From: an uncultured Desulfobacterales bacterium
Lineage (GTDB): Bacteria > Desulfobacterota > Desulfobacteria > Desulfobacterales > CAJINA01
Direction: 5' to 3'
Assembly (NCBI GenBank): GCA_964647585.1
Contig: CAZYGG010000004.1
Location: forward strand, 16,154-80,153
DNA length: 64,000 nucleotides
Shown here in pieces: positions 37,522-45,799 of the stretch. The position numbers and the translations under genes were made by a program. How positions within the stretch are numbered: position 1 is the stretch's first letter; the number at the start of each line of letters is the position of its first letter. A model generated the notes under the pieces. It saw nothing but the letters and a program-made list of their open reading frames with translations, had not been told where the DNA came from and searched no databases.

Positions 37522-38808
37522 ATGCTGACAAGATCATTTTTTGGTTTCTCGAAGCCCAGAATTAAAAACCTGATAACCGGTGACGTCTACCGCCCACCTG
37601 AGACGATTACCGTCCCCAGTGCGGTGACCCTCCTGGTGGAAAAACCGGGCATTGCCACGGGACCGCCCCTGGTTCAGCCGGGCGAGGCGGTAAAAACCGG
37701 CCAGAAACTGGTTCTGTTTGAACAGGCCGATACGTATGCCACCGCACCGGTCACCGGCCAGGTCACCCAGGTCACGACCCGCGCAGGTGATTTTGGTAAG
37801 ACCTATGTTGAGATTTGCCTGGAAACCGGTGATGCAGACCAGCCGGATGAAAGCTTTGCAGCGGTCTGCGGCGACACCCCGACCCTGGAAACCCTGACCG
37901 GCTACCTGGCCAATGTTCCGGGGAAACCGTGCCTCGAAACACTCAATGACCCCGACAAACCGATAAAAAAGATCGTGGTCAACGGCGCCGACTCGGATCT
38001 GCTGGTGGCCACGCGTCAATACCAGGTGAAAAACCAGGCGGACGATATTCACCACGGCGTCGGCATCCTCAAAACAGTCACCGGGATCGAGGATATCGTC
38101 ATCTGCCTCACCCAGGATGTCACCCAGAATATCGGGCACCTCGGAGCCGAACCGGTAGGGGTCAGCAACGACTACCCCGGCACCCTGCCCCTCATGATTA
38201 TGAAGGACGCGCTGGACATGGAAGTTCCGGCTGGTAGCTCCTGTGAGGATCTGGGGGTTTTCTTTGTCAGTGCGGAAGCCGTGGCAGCCATCGGCCGCGC
38301 TTTTTCACAAAAGGCAATTCCGGTTCAAAAAACCGTTACCGTTGTTGATAAAAGCGGTCATATTCAGCTGTATACGGCAACCATCGGGACACCGCTTGCG
38401 GCAGTATTTGAAGCCATGGGCATGGAACTGGCCGAGGGCGACCGTATCATTTGCGGAGGTCCCATGACCGGTGCGGCCATCTACTCCGACCAATTTCCGG
38501 TCATGCCCGACACCGATGCCATCATGGTTCAGCCTGGCGCGGATATCCCGCTGACTTCGGATTATCCCTGCATCAACTGTGGTGACTGTATCCCCATCTG
38601 TCCGGCCAGAATCCAGGTAAACATGCTGGTCCGCTTCCTGGAAGCCGGCCAGTACCAGGAGGCGGCCGACCTGTATGACCTGCAATCCTGTGTGGACTGT
38701 GGTCTGTGCGCGTTTGTGTGCCCCTCGAAAATTCCTGTTTTTCAGTATATCAAGCTGGCCAAATATGAACTCGATCGGCTTGAATCAGCGGAGGCTGCTA
38801 ATGAGTAA
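37522..38808 (+). CDS. rnfC: RnfC-like subunit (2x[4Fe-4S]) with degenerate NADH/FMN-binding motifs
   Basis: RnfC_N-like 'PGEAVKTGQKLV...APVTGQV', 'CINCGDCIPICP' and 'CVDCGLCAFVCP'. The expected 'GxGGAGFPT' and 'ECEP' positions read 'ANVPGKPCLET' and 'GADSDLL'. Confidence 0.8.
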   Translation: MLTRSFFGFSKPRIKNLITGDVYRPPETITVPSAVTLLVEKPGIATGPPLVQPGEAVKTGQKLVLFEQADTYATAPVTGQVTQVTTRAGDFGKTYVEICLETGDADQPDESFAAVCGDTPTLETLTGYLANVPGKPCLETLNDPDKPIKKIVVNGADSDLLVATRQYQVKNQADDIHHGVGILKTVTGIEDIVICLTQDVTQNIGHLGAEPVGVSNDYPGTLPLMIMKDALDMEVPAGSSCEDLGVFFVSAEAVAAIGRAFSQKAIPVQKTVTVVDKSGHIQLYTATIGTPLAAVFEAMGMELAEGDRIICGGPMTGAAIYSDQFPVMPDTDAIMVQPGADIPLTSDYPCINCGDCIPICPARIQVNMLVRFLEAGQYQEAADLYDLQSCVDCGLCAFVCPSKIPVFQYIKLAKYELDRLESAEAANE

Positions 38809-39760
38809 TCAGAAGAAATTGATCGTCTCCCACGCCCCTTTCTGGCACAATGGGAGCAATGTGACCGAACGCAGTTATGCCATGCTGGTTGCGGCCATGC
38901 CGGCCGTCATCTGCGGTATCCTGCAGTACGGCATGCCGGCCATCGCCGTGGTCTGCTTTTCCGTCGCCACTGCCATGGGCTGGGAGTGGTTGATCAACCG
39001 CACCATGAAACAGGCGCCCACCATTGGGGACGGCAATGCCGCGGTGATCGGCCTGCTGATGGCTATGCTGCTGCCCGCTACGGTTTCCTGGTGGGTCGTA
39101 CTGACCGGCACGTTTATCGCGGTTGTGCTGGGCAAGCAAATTTTCGGCGGCATTGGCGCCAACCCCTTTAATCCGGCGGTCATGTCCATGGCTATCATGT
39201 CCGTGGCCTGGCGGGGCCTGCTGGATTTCGATATCGCCCTGGCTCACTACGATTTCGGCTACAATATGCTCTACCCGCTGGGGGTTCTTAAAGCCTTTGG
39301 CGTTGCGGGCATCGATTCTTACAGTTACGGGGATCTGCTCCTGGGACGACAGGCCGGCGGCCTGGGTTCCACGTTCGGCCTCGGACTGATCATCGGCGGG
39401 CTCTTCCTGATTGCCCGTGGTTTTATTCGCTGGGAAATCGCCGGCAGCTTTCTGGCCGGTGTGCTCGTCACCGCGCTTTTGTTCAATATGTCCGATCCGA
39501 CCCAATACGCCGATCCGATATTCCACCTGCTCACCGGCTACACGCTGATCGGGGCTTTTTTCCTGGCCACCGAGGATGCCTCTTCACCCGTCAATCCCAT
39601 CCCGATGCTGATTTACGGCGCCGGTTGCGGCGTGCTCACCGTGCTGATCCGGAATATCGGCAATTATGCCGACGGGGTGATGCTGGCCATCCTGCTCATG
39701 AACGCCATCAATCCGCTCCTGGATAGAATCAGACCGCAAGCGATAGGAAAGGTAGGATAA
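38801..39760 (+). CDS. rnfD: Rnf complex subunit D
   Basis: 'MSNQKKLIVSHAPFWH' N-terminus typical of RnfD/NqrB; polytopic. ATG 38801 overlaps the rnfC stop by 8 nt. The listed 38675 start would lie inside rnfC. Confidence 0.9.
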   Translation: MSNQKKLIVSHAPFWHNGSNVTERSYAMLVAAMPAVICGILQYGMPAIAVVCFSVATAMGWEWLINRTMKQAPTIGDGNAAVIGLLMAMLLPATVSWWVVLTGTFIAVVLGKQIFGGIGANPFNPAVMSMAIMSVAWRGLLDFDIALAHYDFGYNMLYPLGVLKAFGVAGIDSYSYGDLLLGRQAGGLGSTFGLGLIIGGLFLIARGFIRWEIAGSFLAGVLVTALLFNMSDPTQYADPIFHLLTGYTLIGAFFLATEDASSPVNPIPMLIYGAGCGVLTVLIRNIGNYADGVMLAILLMNAINPLLDRIRPQAIGKVG

Positions 39761-39761
39761 C

Positions 39762-40355
39762 ATGGGTGAAATTATTAAGATGATCGTGGTATTGACGTTC
39801 CTCAGCTCCTTTTCCGGGGGACTGCTGGCCTATGTCAAGGAAAACACCGAAGAACGGATCGAGAACCAGGTGCTCCAATTTGTAAAGGGGCCCACGCTGA
39901 AAAGCCTTTTCAAAGATGCGGAAAACGATCCCCTGACGGACCGTTTTACCATTGACCGCGACAAGCAGAGTATGACCTTTTTCGTCGCCAAACTCGACGG
40001 AAAAACCCAAACCGTCGCCTTTGAGACGTCCGGTAAAGGCTACGGCGGTGATGTCGGCCTGATGGTGGCCGTGAACGTGGCCACCGATAAAATCTACGGG
40101 GCGGGGGTCACCACCCACAGTGAAACCGCGGGCTTAGGTTCCATGGCCAAGGACGATCCGAACTTTGCCGCCCAGTTCGCCGGGCAGCCGATCCTGGAAA
40201 CAATCCAGGTGACCGGTGACGGTGGCAAGATCAACGCCCTTTCCGGGGCGACCATCACATCCCGGGCTGTGTGCGCCGCCGCTACTCAGGCGGGTGCAAC
40301 ATATAAGAGCCTGAAACCGGAAATCGAAGAAAAGCTCAAATCACTTACCCCATAG
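39762..40355 (+). CDS. rnfG: Rnf complex subunit G (FMN-binding)
   Basis: N-terminal TM, 'GYGGDV', and FMN attachment region 'SGATITSRAV'. Confidence 0.9.
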   Translation: MGEIIKMIVVLTFLSSFSGGLLAYVKENTEERIENQVLQFVKGPTLKSLFKDAENDPLTDRFTIDRDKQSMTFFVAKLDGKTQTVAFETSGKGYGGDVGLMVAVNVATDKIYGAGVTTHSETAGLGSMAKDDPNFAAQFAGQPILETIQVTGDGGKINALSGATITSRAVCAAATQAGATYKSLKPEIEEKLKSLTP

Positions 40356-40365
40356 GGAGATAGTA

Positions 40366-40980
40366 ATGGCAAAGTCTGTTACCCACGAATTTATAAAAGG
40401 TTTCTGGGAAGAAATTGCGCCTTTCCGACTGGTTCTCGGGTTGTGCCCGGTACTGGGTGTAACCACCAAGGCTCAATTCGGTATCGGCATGGGTCTGGCC
40501 ACCACGTTCGTGCTGGTCTGCTCCAACCTGCTGGTTTCATCCCTGCGCAATGTGATTCCCAGCAAAGTCCGGGTTCCATGCTTCATCATCATCATCGCCA
40601 CGTTCGTCGTCCTGGTGGAAATGCTTATGCAGGCCTATACATATGAACTCTTCCTGCAGCTGGGTATGTTCATCCCGCTGATCGTGGTGAACTGTATCGT
40701 CCTGGGAAGGGCCGAGGCCTTCGCCTCCAAAAACGGCTTGGTGCTTTCACTGGCGGACGGGCTGGGGATCGGCCTGGGCTTCACCATTTCCCTGGGCGCC
40801 CTGGGCGCTTTCCGCGAAATTTTGGGGGCCGGGACCCTTACGATCTGGGGAGACCCGCTGTTCAACCTGGTCACTATCTTTCCAGGATTTCAAGCATTCG
40901 CTTTCATGGTCCAGGCCCCCGGTGCCTTTGTCGCCCTCGGCCTCATGCTCTGCGGTATGAACATGTTAGGTCAGAAATAG
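40366..40980 (+). CDS. rnfE: Rnf complex subunit E
   Basis: 'LVLGLCPVLGVTT', 'IPLIVVNCIVLGRAEAFA'; RnfE/NqrD family pattern. Confidence 0.9.
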   Translation: MAKSVTHEFIKGFWEEIAPFRLVLGLCPVLGVTTKAQFGIGMGLATTFVLVCSNLLVSSLRNVIPSKVRVPCFIIIIATFVVLVEMLMQAYTYELFLQLGMFIPLIVVNCIVLGRAEAFASKNGLVLSLADGLGIGLGFTISLGALGAFREILGAGTLTIWGDPLFNLVTIFPGFQAFAFMVQAPGAFVALGLMLCGMNMLGQK

Positions 40981-40990
40981 GAGGATTCCC

Positions 40991-41566
40991 ATGGGTGATT
41001 ATATCGTCCTGATTATTAGCTGCATTTTCGTCAACAATATCCTGCTGGCCCAGTTTCTGGGCAACTGCCCGTTCTTCGGAACCTCCAAGAAAATGGAGAC
41101 TGCCGTCGGCATGGCCATGGCCGTGGTATTTGTACTGGTCATGGCCGGGGTGATCTCCTATATCACCTACCACATGATCCTGGTACCCGCCGGCCTGGTC
41201 TACCTGCGGACCATCGCCTTTATTCTGGTAATTGCCTCCCTGGTACAGTTCGTGGAGATGTTCTTGAAAAAAAGCATCCCCGCCCTGTATGCCGGGCTCG
41301 GCATTTTCCTGCCGCTGATCACCACCAACTGCGCCGTTTTCGGCGCCTGCGTGATCAATATCGATCAGGAATACAATTTCATGCAGGCCCTGGTGGCTTC
41401 TTTCGCCTATGCGGTCGGGTTCGGACTGGCGCTGGTTATTTTTGCCGGGCTACGCGAAAAGATTCTTCTGGCCCGGGTTCCCAAACCCCTGCAGGATACG
41501 TCCATTGCGCTGGTTACCGCCGGCGTCCTTTCCCTGGCATTTTACGCCTTCAAGGGAATGGTTTAA
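40991..41566 (+). CDS. rnfA: Rnf complex subunit A
   Basis: 'FVNNILLAQFLGNCPFFG', 'LPLITTNCAVFG'; RnfA/NqrE family pattern. Confidence 0.9.
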   Translation: MGDYIVLIISCIFVNNILLAQFLGNCPFFGTSKKMETAVGMAMAVVFVLVMAGVISYITYHMILVPAGLVYLRTIAFILVIASLVQFVEMFLKKSIPALYAGLGIFLPLITTNCAVFGACVINIDQEYNFMQALVASFAYAVGFGLALVIFAGLREKILLARVPKPLQDTSIALVTAGVLSLAFYAFKGMV

Positions 41567-41593
41567 TTGCAGATGTAAACAAGGGAGGTCATT

Positions 41594-43717
41594 TTGGTCG
41601 AAGCCGTTCTTGTTCTAATGGGAGTGGGTGCTCTCTGCGGCACCATTCTTAGCGTGGCATCCAAAGTTTTCTATGTATATGAAGACCCCCGGATTGCTGA
41701 AATCGAAGGCCACCTGGCCGGGGCCAACTGCGGCGGCTGTGGATTTGCAGGCTGCTCGGCAGCCGCGGTGGCTGTGGTTAATGGCAAGGCCTTGCCTACG
41801 GTTTGTGTTGTGGCCGGCCCTGAAACCACGGCCAATGTGGCCGAAGTCATGGACATGGATCCCGGGACGGCTGAACCGTCACTCTCACAAAACCTGTGCG
41901 AAGGCGGAAACCGGGCTGATGACCAGTACAACTATATGGGTGTGAACACCTGTGCTGCTTTGAGCACCCTGTACGGCGGTGAGCGGGTCTGCCAGGTGGG
42001 CTGCCTGGGTATGGGTGACTGTGTCCGGTCCTGTATTTTCAACGCTATTGCCATAGGCCCTAACGGCTTCCCCGTTGTTGACGAAACCATGTGTGTGGGC
42101 TGTGGTGCTTGTGAAAAAGCCTGTCCGAAGAATATCCTTAAGGTACGGACCATGTCCGAACGGCTGCTCCACTTCAACCAGGAAGACGACGCCCTGGCGC
42201 CCTGCGCACAGACCTGCCCGGCCGAGATCAATATTCCCAAGTATATCTCTCAGATCCGGGAGGGCGATTATGCCGGCGCGGTACATACCATCCGGGAACG
42301 CAACCCGCTGCTACTCTCCTGCGGGCGGGTGTGCCCGCATCCCTGTGAAGATTACTGCCGCCGGGACATCGAGGATGATGAACCGGTTTCCATCAACCAG
42401 CTTAAGCGGTTTGTGGCCGATTATGAAATGAATTCCGGAACCCGGCTGCCCATCTCCTGCGCCCCGGAAACCGGCAAAAAAGTTGCCGTGGTCGGCGGTG
42501 GTCCGGCCGGCCTGAGCTGCGCCTTCTTCCTGAGAAGACTGGGTCACAATGTGACCATCTTCGACATGATGACGGAGCTGGGCGGCATGATCCGCTACGG
42601 CATCCCCGAATACCGCCTGCCCAAAGAGGTCCTTAAATGGGAAACGGACGGCATCCTCAACCTGGGTATCGAGGCCCGGATGAACCAGAAGCTCGGCGAA
42701 GATTTCACCGTCGGCACCCTCAAAGAGGCCGGCTATGACGCCATTTTCCTGGGCGTGGGCGCCTGGAAAGACTACTCTTTAAGGGTGGAGGGTGAAGACC
42801 TCAACGGATGCTACACCGGAATTAACTTTCTGACCAACTTCGCCAGTGATCAGCAATCCGAACATCCCCAGGGTTTCCCCATTGGTAAAAAATGCGTGGT
42901 CATCGGCGGCGGCAACACAGCCATCGACTGTGTCCGCACCCTGGTGAGACTGGGCGCCGAAGAGGTTTCCATCGTCTACCGTCGGACCCGGGCGGAAATG
43001 CCTGCCAACATGGTCGAAATAGAAGCGGCCGAACATGAAGGGATAAACTTCCTGTTCCTGGCAGCCCCCACAAAAGTCATCGGCGATGAAAACGGCAATG
43101 TAAAACAGTTTGAATACCTGAAGTGTGAACTGGGTGAACCGGATGCCAGCGGCCGCCGGAGCCCGGTCCCCGTTGAAGGTTCGGAAACGCTTCTGGATAT
43201 CGATATGCTGGTGACCGCCATTGGCCAGGGGCCGGATGCCTCTTTCAAGGACAAGGACAACGCCCTGGCTGACCTGGAGTTGACCCGCTGGAGCACCATC
43301 GACAACGATCCTGAAATCCTCCAGGCCAACATCCCGTACATTTTCACAGCCGGCGACTCGGCTACCGGGGCCAGCCTGGTGGTGGAAGCCATCGGCGGCG
43401 GCCGGCGGGCCGCCCGATCCATTCACCTGTATCTCATGGGCCAGGATGAGGAAGCGGAAGAACCAGTTGATGTTCCCATACCTCCGGTTCCAAACTCCCT
43501 GCTTAAAAAACACATCCCCGAATCACTATTTGAAGAAGTCCCGGGTGTGGGCAAGCAAAAACGCACCCCCATGCCGGAAATGGATGTAGCCGCCCGCATC
43601 AAGTGCTTTGAAGAAGCGGACCTGGTCATCACCGAAGAAGACGCCAAATACGAATCCAACCGCTGCCTGAACTGCTGCCGGATCTGTTACGACAAGGACG
43701 GCGACCGAGCCGCCTAA
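41594..43717 (+). CDS. rnfB: RnfB fused to a GltD/NfnB-like NAD(P)H-dependent FAD oxidoreductase
   Basis: RnfB part: TM, 'ANCGGCGFAGC', 'CQVGCLGMGDCVRSC', 'CVGCGACEKACP'. GltD-like part from about aa 195: 'CAQTCPAEINIPKY...NPLLLSCGRVCPHPCEDYC', 'VAVVGGGPAGLSCAFFL', 'GGMIRYGIPEYRLP', 'VVIGGGNTAIDC'. TTG start with a GGGAGG RBS. Confidence 0.85.
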   Translation: MVEAVLVLMGVGALCGTILSVASKVFYVYEDPRIAEIEGHLAGANCGGCGFAGCSAAAVAVVNGKALPTVCVVAGPETTANVAEVMDMDPGTAEPSLSQNLCEGGNRADDQYNYMGVNTCAALSTLYGGERVCQVGCLGMGDCVRSCIFNAIAIGPNGFPVVDETMCVGCGACEKACPKNILKVRTMSERLLHFNQEDDALAPCAQTCPAEINIPKYISQIREGDYAGAVHTIRERNPLLLSCGRVCPHPCEDYCRRDIEDDEPVSINQLKRFVADYEMNSGTRLPISCAPETGKKVAVVGGGPAGLSCAFFLRRLGHNVTIFDMMTELGGMIRYGIPEYRLPKEVLKWETDGILNLGIEARMNQKLGEDFTVGTLKEAGYDAIFLGVGAWKDYSLRVEGEDLNGCYTGINFLTNFASDQQSEHPQGFPIGKKCVVIGGGNTAIDCVRTLVRLGAEEVSIVYRRTRAEMPANMVEIEAAEHEGINFLFLAAPTKVIGDENGNVKQFEYLKCELGEPDASGRRSPVPVEGSETLLDIDMLVTAIGQGPDASFKDKDNALADLELTRWSTIDNDPEILQANIPYIFTAGDSATGASLVVEAIGGGRRAARSIHLYLMGQDEEAEEPVDVPIPPVPNSLLKKHIPESLFEEVPGVGKQKRTPMPEMDVAARIKCFEEADLVITEEDAKYESNRCLNCCRICYDKDGDRAA

Positions 43718-43740
43718 AACTTTCGCCTAAAAATATAAAA

Positions 43741-43776
43741 GCCGCAGTCTCTTAGAGGCTGCGGCTTTTTCTTTTA
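43741..43776 (+). terminator. rho-independent terminator of the rnf operon
   Basis: 'GCCGCAGtctcttagaggCTGCGGC' followed by 'TTTTTCTTTT'. Confidence 0.8.
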
Positions 43777-43930
43777 TTGGCCAAGATTAAACGTACGTCA
43801 TCGAAAGCTCCGTTTGCACTACTTCGGCCTACTCCTCCCCCTTGACGGGGGCGGTTGGGTGGGGGTGCTGGTGGGAATACCGCCGTAATCACAGAAAAGT
43901 ATGCAACCCAGGCAAGTCACCCTCCCCCGG

Positions 43931-43958
43931 CCCCTCCCGTCAAGGGAGGGGAGTTTTT
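43931..43958 (+). terminator. second plus-strand intrinsic-terminator-like hairpin
   Basis: 'CCCCTCCC-GTCAA-GGGAGGGG' followed by 'AGTTTTTCT'. The U-tract is present only on the plus strand. Confidence 0.55.
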
Positions 43959-43991
43959 CTGCTTACCAGGTCGCGTATTCGTGAGTTGGTC

Positions 43992-45053
43992 TTACTCAAG
44001 CCCCTCCAGAAAGCCCCGCATATCATCCGGCAAAGGCGCCTCAAACGTCTTACGTTCACCTGTCTCCGGGTGCGTAACGGTCAACTGCCAGGCATGCAGC
44101 ATCTGCCGCTCAACGCGTCTTACCAGGGAATCCAGACGCGCATCCTGCCGCCGGTACTGGTTGCCGGTCCGGCCACCGTACAGGGCATCCCCGACAATTG
44201 GATGCTGCCGCGCGGCACAGTGCACCCGGATCTGGTGGGTCCGGCCGGTCTTGATGTTCACCTCGAGCAGGCAGCAGGATCCATAGTTCGCCTTCACCCG
44301 CCACAAGGTCAACGCACTGCGCGGACTGCGGCTTTTGACGGACATTTTTTTACGATCCGTGGGGTGCCGCCCCACCGGCAGGTCAATCTGGCCGGTTTCG
44401 CTTTTCATATCCCCATACACAATGGCCAGATAGGTTTTCGCCACGGTGCGGGCCTTGAACTGCCCGGCCAGGTTTTCAAGGGCCGCGGCGTTTTTGGCCA
44501 CAATAATGGTGCCGGAGGTATGCTTGTCCAGGCGATGGACGATCCCCGGTCGAATCTCACCGGCGATGGGCGCCAGGTCGGGACAGTGATGCAACAGACC
44601 GTTCACCAGGGTTCCGGTATAGTGGCCCGGTGCCGGGTGAACCACCAGGCCCGCCGGCTTATTGATAACAATGATGACCCGGTCTTCATAAAGGATGGAT
44701 AGATCCAGCGGTTCCGGCTCAAATGAAACCACGGCCGGTTCCGGCATCTCACCGTCAACCACGTCCCCGGATTTGATCCGGTAACCCGGTTTCTTCAAGG
44801 TGGCATTCACACGAACATGGCCATCGCGAATGATACGGGCGGCATAGGAACGGGAACACTGGGAGGTATGGGTACTGATGAAGGCATCCAGGCGCAAGCC
44901 ACCTTCACGCGGATCTATTTTGAATGAAAAAGTGCCGTTGTCAGGAGACTTTTGAGAAGTATTCAATGTCGGTTGGGGCCGGGGTGACCCCCTGCTATTT
45001 AGATGCCTCTTCCTCGGATTCTTCCGGCGGTGGTGCCGGCCGCTGTTCTTCAA
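43992..45053 (-). CDS. rluD: 23S rRNA pseudouridine synthase RluD family
   Basis: S4-like 'GGLRLDAFI', catalytic 'IVHRLDKHTSGTIIVAKN', 'GRTHQIRVH'. The start is uncertain: the listed start overlaps carD by 59 nt, and TTG 44966 is an alternative. Confidence 0.85.
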   Translation of the reverse strand: MKNSGRHHRRKNPRKRHLNSRGSPRPQPTLNTSQKSPDNGTFSFKIDPREGGLRLDAFISTHTSQCSRSYAARIIRDGHVRVNATLKKPGYRIKSGDVVDGEMPEPAVVSFEPEPLDLSILYEDRVIIVINKPAGLVVHPAPGHYTGTLVNGLLHHCPDLAPIAGEIRPGIVHRLDKHTSGTIIVAKNAAALENLAGQFKARTVAKTYLAIVYGDMKSETGQIDLPVGRHPTDRKKMSVKSRSPRSALTLWRVKANYGSCCLLEVNIKTGRTHQIRVHCAARQHPIVGDALYGGRTGNQYRRQDARLDSLVRRVERQMLHAWQLTVTHPETGERKTFEAPLPDDMRGFLEGLE

Positions 45054-45582
45054 TCAGGGCATCCAGTTCAGCGGCAATGGAAGCTTCATCCGTGTTTTTG
45101 GCGGTCGACAACTCTTTTACCAGAAGAATTTGGGCGGTGTCGTAAAGCTTGCGCTCTCCAAAGGAGAGATCCTTGGTGAATTTAAGCAGTGACAGATCCC
45201 GGAACACTTCGGCCACATCATAAAGCGATCCGGTTTTGATCTTGTCCATGTATTCGCGGTAGCGCCGGTTCCAGGTCTGGCTTTCCAGGTTGCTGTTGCG
45301 CTTGCCCTTCATGACATCGTAGACCTTGGGAACATCTTTTTCATCGATGATATCCCGCAGACCAACCGAGGCCACATTCCAGGTGGGAATCATGATGACC
45401 ATGCCGTTTTCCAGCACTTTCATGATGTAAAAGTCGTGGGTTTCGCCATTGACATCCCGGCTTTCTATCGCTTCGATTTTCCCCACACCGTGGGCCGGGT
45501 ATACGGCCAGATCTCCGACATTGAATTTTTTTACCTCGCCCTGAGGTTCGGGGGTCTGATCGCCGTTCTCTTTTTTATCCAT
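44995..45582 (-). CDS. carD: CarD/CdnL-family RNA polymerase-binding regulator
   Basis: 'FNVGDLAVYPAHGVGKIEAIESR...YIMKV' followed by a helical C-terminal domain. Confidence 0.85.
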   Translation of the reverse strand: MDKKENGDQTPEPQGEVKKFNVGDLAVYPAHGVGKIEAIESRDVNGETHDFYIMKVLENGMVIMIPTWNVASVGLRDIIDEKDVPKVYDVMKGKRNSNLESQTWNRRYREYMDKIKTGSLYDVAEVFRDLSLLKFTKDLSFGERKLYDTAQILLVKELSTAKNTDEASIAAELDALIEEQRPAPPPEESEEEASK

Positions 45583-45726
45583 TTGGTTTTACCCGTGAAA
45601 TTTGCTTTTTTGCTGGATTTGGTAATTGAAGAAAGCCAACTGGCGGTTGAGTGCTGTTGGATAAAATATCCTCAAATTTCGGTACAATATGAGTGATCTA
45701 TACCATACCTTCGGGGATCAATCAAT

Positions 45727-45764
45727 AAAAAAGGATTGACGCCCAAAGGGCGCCAATCCTTTTT
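45727..45764. terminator. bidirectional rho-independent terminator (serves hppA on the minus strand)
   Basis: 'AAAAAAGGATTGaCGCCCaaaGGGCGcCAATCCTTTTT', with A-run and T-run flanks. Confidence 0.75.
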
Positions 45765-45799
45765 AGATTGAACAGATTTAAATGCTGCTGATGCCCTGA

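Noticed and set aside
38675-38800. N-terminal extension of rnfD in the listed ORF (start 38675).
   Set aside because: It would overlap 134 nt of rnfC in another frame. ATG 38801 gives the conserved RnfD N-terminus 'MSNQKKLIVSHAPFWH'.
43842-44702. 286-aa and 143-aa plus-strand ORFs overlapping rluD.
   Set aside because: They are antisense to a clear pseudouridine synthase ('HRLDKHTSG'), begin inside the G-rich intergenic tract, and have low-complexity, Arg/Pro/Gly-rich composition.
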